Source: an uncultured bacterium (GTDB lineage: Bacteria > Hydrogenedentota > Hydrogenedentia > Hydrogenedentales > JAEUWI01). Taken from it: a stretch of DNA of 37,094 nt. Both the position numbers and the translations under genes were made by a program. The stretch covers positions 1 to 37,094 of the forward strand of contig CAXBPH010000037.1 in NCBI GenBank assembly GCA_963977445.1. Reading direction: 5' to 3'. Positions 7,062-16,300 of this stretch are shown here, one piece after another (the first letter of the stretch is position 1; the number at the start of each line of letters is the position of its first letter). The notes beneath the pieces were generated by a model. The model made no database searches. It worked only from the letters and a program-made list of their open reading frames with translations, and was not told where the DNA came from.

Positions 7062-10000
7062 CTAATCTCGCTTGAAGGTCTTAATAGATTGTTCCGATGC
7101 TTTTGAACCACCAGAGCCCGGCGTTACCACAAATTCTACCGAGGTAGGCGATTGATCAAACACGGGGAGACCGCTCACTGGGTCAGGGTAGCCCGTCGCG
7201 GCGCGGAGCACGTATTTCACGTCCCGCTTGCGGTGGGGGGACTCTGGGCCATCGTTCCCGTCGTCACCGAGACGCTCCCGCACCGGGCCACAGACGTCGG
7301 GCGAAAGGTTCAGGAAATCCAGCGGGTTGGGCGCGGCGTCCACGTTCACACCGGGGGTACCGCCAAAGAGATCCTGGGGGATAACGAGAAAGACCTTGGA
7401 GTTGTTCGCCGCACCGTCTATCGTGCCTGTCGCCACCACGACCCCATCTTCCAGCAGCTGAAAGGCGACGCCCGCGTTGCTGGTGTCGGCAGAATCGGGC
7501 AGATCCATGGTAATCGAGAATCCCGCTTCCACGCGCTGCACGCAGTCTTCCGGGGCGGTCAGAGGAATCCGGGTAGCCGCGCCGAAGGTTTTCTCGCCGG
7601 CATCAACACCGCGGAGATTGAGTCCATTGGTGAAGTTGTGCCAGAAGACCGGCTGCACCCGGGTATCAAGGGAAATACTCAGGCCCCCATTGTTCCACGT
7701 GTCGGCCACAAAGCCGAAGGGCAGGTTACCCAGGTTCAGGGTGCCCAGACCGGGATAGGTGGAACGATCCACAATATTGCCCGCCTCGTCCGCCGTGCGC
7801 ACCACGATCATATACTGGCCCGGGTTCGCGGTGATGTCGCCGAGACGCGTGCCGGCCACGGAATCGAATATGGTGAATTTATCGATGCGGGGCGACGCAA
7901 TCCAGTCGCTCCACTCCCGACCACCCGCCAGAGCCCAGCCTACGGAATAGGGGTCTTGCCCTACGGCACGCCCATAGACTGCATATTGAGCAATGGGATA
8001 GGCATTGTCGGTGTTGCTGGGTACGACGCCGTTGAAACGTTGCACCCCCCAGCTAATCACCGGGGAATTGGTAGCCTGGCCACCCAGGCCATCCCGCAGG
8101 GCACCCTGCACACCGGCGAGCTGCCAGATGTGAAAGGGTAAAATCTCTTGGATCAGGGGGTCATTGGAGGGATTGGCCCCCATGACGTTGCCCGCCAGAT
8201 CCTGGGCACCAAACTGGGCAACCGTTTCCCAGAACCCGGTACCCAGGGTAAAATCGGTCGGAACCCCGGTGAACACCCATTGTACGGTCAAGGTGTCGCC
8301 ACCCCCCGTATAATTGATGGCCAAGGAGGTCGCCCCATCGACGGCAACGGGCTTGACCCCTTCCCACCAGCCAAGTCCACGGGGATCCACGCCAGCGATA
8401 TCCGGATGGACCAGGGCGACGTTATTAATGTCAGGGCCTATATAGGGACCACCCACCGCACCAGCCGCGCCGAAGCCGGCCCGAGCGGGCGTAATATTTA
8501 CGCCGGCACCGTTGTCGCGGGGGAGCGCCGCGTCGGTAAAGGTTACTTGTATCGTAAAGTCGAATAGCGCCATCTGGTTGTTGAAGAAGACATGGGGATC
8601 CAGGCCTGCCTGCGCACCGGCCAACAGCCCTGTGCTCGACGGATAAGGATCACTAGCCGCACTCCAAGGCACCAACAAGGGCTCCGCGCCCAATCCACCC
8701 GTCGGGGGATCCAGGTTGGTAGACGCTACATATTCGAAGGCCCGGCCGGATCCGGTTACCGCGATGGTCGGCGCATAGGTGTCGATGATAAAGGTACGCC
8801 CCGCTTCGGCGGCCGGTTCAATTTGAGCTGCCGAGGTGGTAGAGAATTCGTCGCCACCCGCAGGAAAATCATTGTTGATATCACCAGGAATCTGGAGGGC
8901 CAACTCGGCCAGTCCATCCAGCAGAATCGTTTCCGTCTCAAAGGTTACATAGTGGTCGCCTTCAATCAAGAAGGTTGCCGTACCAAAGTACTCGAATCCC
9001 GGTGGGCCCACGGTGATGGGGATAGGCACATAGCGACGGACAGCCCCGAGCGCGCCCCCCTGGGGGACGACATAGAGGGTGGCGTTGGTCAGATCCGCGC
9101 CAAGTCCGCCAACGGTAATATCGATTTGTATTTCGCCAGCCGCCGCATATTCTTCAGCACTACCGACGATGGGCTGCAAGGGCTGACCAAACTGGTAGAT
9201 GTCACAATCGACCCAGCTTAACCCACCGGCCACGGCACCATGCTCGTGGGCACCCAGTTGGGCATCAGTCGTGTTTCGAATCCTAAAAACAAAATCGCGG
9301 CCCAGGGGGGCGGCAGACGTAAATGTGCCCGAGGCGACGCCGGTCTGGAAAGCCTGCCTCACCTGGCCGCGCCAGGGGCTGCCTGTAAGGAAGACCAGAT
9401 TTTCCGGGTCCGCAAACTCCGTCGCATAGGTAACGGCCCCGAGATCTTCTAAGGGGGGAGCGACGACCGTGGCCCCAACGGTACCACCGCCGGGAATACC
9501 GAACCAGTCCAACTCGACGCCGGCCACGGCACCATCCACCTGTACGGTGCCGGGACCACCATTATTGTTGTAGAAAAAGGAGCCGCTGGCCATGCAGGTG
9601 CCGCCCTGCAGATCGATGGCCAGGCCCGTGTTGTCGATGAAGGTAGATTGGGTAATGTTGACGGGGCCGCTGTTGATGAGTAGTCCCGCGCCGCCACAAC
9701 CCGTAAAGATGGAACTCGTAATATGAACCAGATTGGCATCACTGACGGTCATACCTTCGTTGCCTGTGCCGTTTATATAGACCCGGTCCATGATACAGCT
9801 GGCACCCATCATAACCTGGACCCCGACGGTGCCGCCGGTAATGCTCAGATGACGGAGGGTAACCTGGGCGTCGGTTTCCACGGTGATGGCCGGCGTACCC
9901 GCTGGACCTTCGATGATGATTTGGTCCGGCCGCTCGTTGTTGTTGAAAGGCCCTTGAATGCGGAGGGGACTCTTGGCCTTGGTAATAACCAGCTCACTGG

Positions 10001-10199
10001 TGAGTGTGTAGGTGCCTACCGCCTCAAGAAGGATAATATCACCCCCCGTTGCATTGTTGAAGGCCGTATTCAGGTCGGGGTAGGTTCCCGTCGCCCCAAC
10101 GGTGATAATGGCGGCAAAAACCGAAGTCGGGGCCAGCACCGCACATCCCAAGAGACATAGGGCGGCCTTAAAAGTCATTGTGCGCTTGAAATACAACAT
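7062..10199 (-). CDS. Large secreted protein with an N-terminal right-handed beta-helix, 1045 aa
   Basis: RBS AGGAGGT. Sec-type signal peptide ending SVFA. TYPDLNTAFNNATGGDIILLEAVGTY followed by parallel beta-helix-like repeats (VTLRHLSITGG, VHITSSIFTGC, VNITQSTFIDN). Later DLAGN and DEAGN Ig-like turns. Function unknown. Confidence 0.8.
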   Translation of the reverse strand: MLYFKRTMTFKAALCLLGCAVLAPTSVFAAIITVGATGTYPDLNTAFNNATGGDIILLEAVGTYTLTSELVITKAKSPLRIQGPFNNNERPDQIIIEGPAGTPAITVETDAQVTLRHLSITGGTVGVQVMMGASCIMDRVYINGTGNEGMTVSDANLVHITSSIFTGCGGAGLLINSGPVNITQSTFIDNTGLAIDLQGGTCMASGSFFYNNNGGPGTVQVDGAVAGVELDWFGIPGGGTVGATVVAPPLEDLGAVTYATEFADPENLVFLTGSPWRGQVRQAFQTGVASGTFTSAAPLGRDFVFRIRNTTDAQLGAHEHGAVAGGLSWVDCDIYQFGQPLQPIVGSAEEYAAAGEIQIDITVGGLGADLTNATLYVVPQGGALGAVRRYVPIPITVGPPGFEYFGTATFLIEGDHYVTFETETILLDGLAELALQIPGDINNDFPAGGDEFSTTSAAQIEPAAEAGRTFIIDTYAPTIAVTGSGRAFEYVASTNLDPPTGGLGAEPLLVPWSAASDPYPSSTGLLAGAQAGLDPHVFFNNQMALFDFTIQVTFTDAALPRDNGAGVNITPARAGFGAAGAVGGPYIGPDINNVALVHPDIAGVDPRGLGWWEGVKPVAVDGATSLAINYTGGGDTLTVQWVFTGVPTDFTLGTGFWETVAQFGAQDLAGNVMGANPSNDPLIQEILPFHIWQLAGVQGALRDGLGGQATNSPVISWGVQRFNGVVPSNTDNAYPIAQYAVYGRAVGQDPYSVGWALAGGREWSDWIASPRIDKFTIFDSVAGTRLGDITANPGQYMIVVRTADEAGNIVDRSTYPGLGTLNLGNLPFGFVADTWNNGGLSISLDTRVQPVFWHNFTNGLNLRGVDAGEKTFGAATRIPLTAPEDCVQRVEAGFSITMDLPDSADTSNAGVAFQLLEDGVVVATGTIDGAANNSKVFLVIPQDLFGGTPGVNVDAAPNPLDFLNLSPDVCGPVRERLGDDGNDGPESPHRKRDVKYVLRAATGYPDPVSGLPVFDQSPTSVEFVVTPGSGGSKASEQSIKTFKRD

Positions 10200-10279
10200 T
10201 ACAACCTACCTCCTGAAAGGAAAACCCGGCCCAGGCAAAGCCAAACGCTTCCGGGGTATTCTGTTTACATTCTGGTACG

Positions 10280-10313
10280 AAAAAAGGGGCGTGCGGCGTT
10301 ACCACCACGCGCC
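10280..10313 (-). terminator. Putative intrinsic terminator/attenuator between the giant pilin gene and the 1045-aa gene
   Basis: Minus strand GGCGCGTGGTG-GTAA-CGCCGCACGCC followed by CC and T6. The stem has one mismatch and two GU pairs. Confidence 0.4.
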
Positions 10314-10390
10314 AACCAGCACGGGGACTCCAGAACGTCCCCGTACCGAGAATTCAATTGTCAGCGATGGCCTGGGCCATCGTTGCGCCG

Positions 10391-13300
10391 TTACTCACCC
10401 GTATCGGTCTGATCCGAGGGGGCGCGCCGTTCATAAATCGCCGACGCCTTCGTGCGCGCCGTCGTCGTAAATTCCCGGGGATCGCGATAGTTGATAAAAC
10501 CGTCGCCATTCTTATCCTGGCCAAAGCCCGATTCTACGGTCATAAATATCTTGTAGACATCCGACCGCGTCGTAATGAGATTGCCAATGCGGCGAAAACG
10601 GGCCTGATCTTCATCAAAGCGTTTGGACGGCGCCGCCTCATTGCTGAGCGGGTACACCGCGCGATTGTCCGTGCCCCCCACGTCACCGGCATTTGCCACG
10701 ACACCATCGGGCGGAGTGGGACGCCAACGGGGGCTGAGATTATTAAAGTAATTGTATACATAGGAACTATCATCGTCCACGAGGTCGCCGGTGGATCGGT
10801 AATACCGACCATCGGCATGCTCGATACGACCAATCTCCAGCAATTGATTCAACCGGAAGGCACCCAGTCGATGCATTTCTTCCCCGTTGTCGCCGGGGTC
10901 TCCATCAGTCAGCGATGCCGGCACCAACAAGTGGGTATCATTCGTTGCCTCGTCGAGACTGGTGCTCGGCGGGTCAATGCTATGCTCGTTGCGCGCCGGA
11001 GGCACACTCAAGGGACCGTAGCCCGGCTCCGTGTAGGTCAGCGCCGAATAGAAGGAATCCGGTGCGGGCCAACGCCCACCGAGTGAGGGGGGAGCGCTCA
11101 TCTCATCGATGGCATCTGCCGTACCGTAAGAAGGCAACAGCGATACACCGGTGGGAATGAGGTTTGTATCTACATTGTCCGACGGCACGACCGACGTGGC
11201 CGCATCCACCACGCCCGGCAAACTCAGCAGGGGATTCAGATAGCTGTGATTGGCACCAAGCGTCGGCATACGGCTCAGCGTGGTGTTCACGTTGATACGG
11301 CCGGCGGTGCGTTTCCGCGGCGCAAGCACGATATGGGTAATCACACCCACGTCACCCAGCTCACCCATGTTGCGAACCCGGAGGGCCAGGAAATTATCGG
11401 TCACCCGGACAATCTGGGGCTTCCAGCCCCCTACGGCATTGTTGCCATAGAAGATGTAGCCATCGTCATCGGCTTTGTAGATGATGGACGGTGTCCAGTC
11501 CACGGGGTTAATCAGGCCCGGTGGTTTCACCGAGGGATCGGCCGTGCCTGAGGCGACCGGGGCTACACCCCGGGCTTCCGTCGGATCGGTGATTACATCC
11601 AAGGCAAAAATGGGGTTGAATACGGAACCCGCACGATCGGGGTGCGAGGGGTCGTTGAATATGATTTCCCGGGTCACCTCATTTATCGCCAGCGAACCCT
11701 CGTTGATGACCGGTGCGACATCATAGAGCAAGTTGGTCTCGGCTTTCACCGGCAACGTCGGGTCGTAGGTCGCCGAATTCGCCGATACGTCGGCGGCGTC
11801 CAGGAGGCGCTCCCGCATACCGGGAACAAAGGTGCCCACGTAGAGCACGTACTCGCCATTTTCCAGACCATCGGCACCATCCCAGATAAAGAGACCTTCG
11901 GGGCGGTTAACGTTGGTGCTCGCTGTCACGGGTGCGGGAAACTCGGGCCGCACTTCGCTCACATACATGGCCACCCGCTGTTCCATGGGCCAGCGGTTGG
12001 CATAGGGATCCACGGCGTTGGCGCGCATATAGGCGTCAAATTGATTGGTGCCCAGATAGCGCCAGTTGAAAAGATAATCGGGCGTCAGCTGTTGGTTGAT
12101 GGTGACCCCGTTGATGTAGGACGGGTACGAGGGAAAACGATCCACCACGGTGGTGGTATCCCAGGCGGTATTCGCCAGCGGGAAGAGGAAGACCGGTGCC
12201 CAGGTGGCCGGGGCCAGATAGGCACCGCCCGTGCTGAAGGGATTCTTGACCCAATCGAGAATAGCGGCATGGGCACCAACCGGGAAGGTGGTCGTGTCGC
12301 TCAAATCGGGCACAATGGGATGGAACTCGGCCTGACCTACGGTGAAGGTCGCCGTATCCAGCGACATACTGTTTGTTGCGGCCGTAAGGAGGTTGCCGAA
12401 AGTCCGGTTGGTGATGGCGTCCTGACCCAACGTGGATCCCCGCAGGGCGATATCCTGCCTGGAGGATTGGCCGTCGTTGGCCGCCGTATTACTCTGCAGA
12501 CCATAGTTCATCATGGTCATGTCGCGGAGATAGACCGACCCGCCCGCCAACGCCGTGTTCACGGCATCGTGGAGGTAGGTCTGGTGGGGCACGTTCATCA
12601 GGTCCCCAGGCGTCGCAAATTTCTTGTTGGCCACAAAGCCCTTGGCCGTATTCCAACTCTGGTCACGCTGGGTGTTGAGATCGCCCCCTACGGGGCCATC
12701 CTCGTGGGTGCGGAACCAGGGTGCCGCCTCGAAGAACTGGCGATTGTCCGGAGCGCCCGCAACAACCCGCTCGAGATCCCGTGGGTTCTCGCTGAATCGG
12801 GTCGCCGTGTTCATGCGCAGGGGCGTGGCCGCCATGGCATGAAGGTAGAGGCGTCGTTGCCGTTGGGACAGGGCAAGGGGTAAGACGGGAAAACGAACCC
12901 GCCTATCCACCAGCGAATTGTTGGCTACCAAAATGGGCAGGGTAGCGGTCGTCTCCAGCTCGGCCTCGAAAAAGCTCAGGCTGTCGGCCCAGTCGTCGTA
13001 ATTACCATCGGTGGCCTGCCAGCGATTCTCGGTACCGAAGCGATCACCATTGTAAAGGGGGTGTTTGCGCTCCAGGCTGCGATAGAAATCCAGACCCATC
13101 TGGTTTTCGGGCCAGAAGGTGGGGTAGCCACTGTTAATCGTGAGGGGAACATTACCCGCGCCCAGATCGACGGGGAATTGCTCCAAATCATCAATGGTGC
13201 GGTTGGTCACATCGTATTCGCGATAGGTGACCCGATCCGCCACGATTTCGTCGTTGGCATCGCCCTGATAGAGGGTGACGATGACATTGTCGCCGGGATA

Positions 13301-16300
13301 CCAGCGCCGTTCGGCGAAGGCCTTCCAATCGGGGGGATCAAAATTGCTGCCGAGGTACGCATTGTCGTTCAATGCCGGGTCAAGGGCCGTAACGGCCAGC
13401 AGGGTCGCGTCAATTGCGGTAATCGTTCCGTTGGCCGCCGGATAGAGTGCCAAAGGCACCGGCACCGAAAGCTCATTGAAATTGAAGTAGTCGATATCCG
13501 TCGGATAACTATTGCGGTCGCTATAGAATTGTATAGGCAGGAGCTGGTCGGTGTAGTACCCTGCGGGGACCCCGAAGCCTTCGTCCACCCCTTCACTCAA
13601 CTGGGGGTTGACGCCGTCGCCATTGAAGCCCGCGGCAATGCCAAAGGGATCGATATCATCGAAGGTTGCCGGGCCACCGGGTACCGTTTCGCCCCGTTCG
13701 TCGATGAGGCCATCAAAATCATTGTCTACCATATCCCGGTCGAGGGTACCGGCGATATAACGGGGATCGGGGATAAGATCGCCGTCATCATCGGCTCCAA
13801 AAACCACGTAGGCCCCATCGCCATCGTTGTCGATGCCGTCGCGCTCGGGGTAGTTGGGCAACACGCCACCGCGCAGCACCAGGGCCGCCACGGTATCCAC
13901 GTCGATCACGTCGTCCATGGTAAATGCAAAGGGTGCGGTTGAAAATGGATTCTCTGAGGTGAGGCGGAGGTTATCCATCTGGACAATGCGGTCCCAGGGG
14001 CGATTGGCACGAGACAGATTGGTCTCGCCCAGGGCCACGCTATCGAGGCCGTCGGTGGTCGACAAGATGGAGGCTTCCGTGAGCACATTATCCGTATCGC
14101 GACCGAGGGTCGTGTCATACATGGAACTGGCACCGTCGCCGTCGCGGTCCACGTAATCTTCAAAGCGGTCCCGGAAAGGATCATAATTGCGACGGAAGAC
14201 ACTCCCCGTGAAATCCCCGTAGAAGGTCATGGGATGGGGCGAGATATAATTGGGCGAATCATCGCCAATGGGCGGCACAGTAATCGGCTGGTCGGTGATC
14301 GTATTGGTGTAGGAGAGGAAGGCATTGTCGCTCGCGGCCAACCCCATACCATTGTGGGCAATGGCATTACCCGGCTCATAGATCAGGCCAGCCTGAAGGG
14401 CAGGATCCACGCTTCGTCGGTAATGATCATATTTATTGAAGGCCAGGAGCACCATGCCCTGGGGGGCCACCAGGGTGCCCTGGGGCACTTTCCATTTGCT
14501 CTTGAAGGGATCGGGGGGAACATCATCGCCCCGGTCAGGAATACCCACTTCCAATTCCCAGCCGCCAATGTCTACGGCGTCGTTGGACACATTCACCAAC
14601 TCAACCCATTCGTGATCGGGCTCCTGGCTGAAATCCAGGGAGTCGATAGCGAGGGTGGTTGGTACTGGAGGTCCTGGAGGAGGTGGTAAGGTCGGGTCCA
14701 GACGAAATGCGATATAGAGATCTTCTGACGCACTGACTGTCACGGTGAAGGTCTGTGGAAACGCTGCTGAGCTTGGGGTACCCAGACGCGTATCTGAGAC
14801 ACCATCATAAATGCCACCGTCCGAATAGTAATCGTCCGCAGCGGGGTTAAGGCCATCCGTACCATCGAGAAAGACGGAACCGAAGGGGGCACCGGGTACC
14901 TGCTCGGAGTGGTGCAGCACAGGGGGTGAACGGAACGACGCGGGATCAACTGCGGGCGCGCCATAGCTGATGGAATATTGGAGGTCCGCCGCATTGGCAG
15001 CGGTAATACCCAGAACGCCCAGTGTCGCGGGGTCCACGAGGTTAACGGTCAAATAATAGCGCCCTGGAGGCATGGCATCCGTAGCGCCGATACGGAAATT
15101 TATAATGCTGTCGGGTGTACTTGTTTGAATCCACGTCCTGTCACCCAAGTATCCCGGTACCGCCGCTGTCGTTCCAAGAATCCAAGCACCGGGACCTTGC
15201 AGCAGACGTTCGACATCAAAATAAGGCAATTCGGCATGACCACCCTGGGGATCGAAGTTTTTCTGGTTAATCGCTGGAAGCAGGCCAACCGGGTCATCGA
15301 GATTGGGCACCAAAATCGCTGGGTTCGGCAGGGCCTCGGCCTCGATGCGACGGACGGGGCGCACCATGAGCTCATTGATGCGAATGGCTTCGTTGCCCGA
15401 AGCGGTGTAGCTAATCTGGCGCACTTCCGGGTTGCTATCTACACCGACCACGCCAGCCACGCCGGGCTGGACGGCGTCGAAGGTCCACCAGTCATCGCGG
15501 AATTCCAGTTTGCGGGAGATATCCATGGTGTGAAGGAGGTGATCCTGAATCTCTTCGACGGGCAGGAGTTCCCCTTCCCGAATCTGCTCACGACTGCTGA
15601 GTCGGGTGGGCCAGGTGTCGTAGACTGCGTCGGACAATGCGGCGGTCTGGGCGACCCGATCGCGCCGTTCGGTGCTCAGCAGGCTCCGGCCATTGTCCTT
15701 ATCGCGAAAATCGACAATGTCGACGGCCGACTGCATAATCTGAAGTACGGGATCGGCCGGAATGCCACCCACGGATGGAATCAGGGTGCCGAAACCATCG
15801 TCCACCCACATCAGACCTTCACCGGGCGAATTCAGCAAGGGAGCAGCCGGATCAAAGGAAGAACGGATGTGGACATCGCCCTGAAGCAATCCCTCGGCAA
15901 AGCGATTAACCGTGAGGGCGGTGGTCAGGGGTGCGGTAGTCACGGTCTGCACGCTATTGGCGATGAGCAGGTTTGCCGCAATCTGCGGGGCGGAAGCCAG
16001 ATTGTAGTCGAGTTTATTGACGGCCCGGATGGCACCGTTTTCACCCACGACGAAATTCACATTGCGGTCGGTGCTGTAGGCGGTCATGGCCTGTTGCAGG
16101 TCGTTGTATTGTCCGCTGCCGATGATGCCGCTGAGTTCCAGGGTATCTTTCAGCTGAAGGTCGCCAAATTCGCCCACTTCATTGGCGGCGTTGTCACCGT
16201 CGTTGTCGCCGGTGTCTGCGGTGCCAACCAGCAGGTATCGGTTGTTGCCTTCCGCTTCCAGATTCCGGAGGGAGCGATAGCGCTGCATTTCACTGAAGTC

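Noticed and set aside
7062..10199. Canonical PilY1
   Set aside because: No vWA/MIDAS motif or PilY1 beta-propeller signatures are recognisable; only the position matches
10200..10390. c-di-GMP riboswitch suggested by GGCAAAGCC
   Set aside because: It is on the non-transcribed strand and lacks the GEMM two-stem architecture
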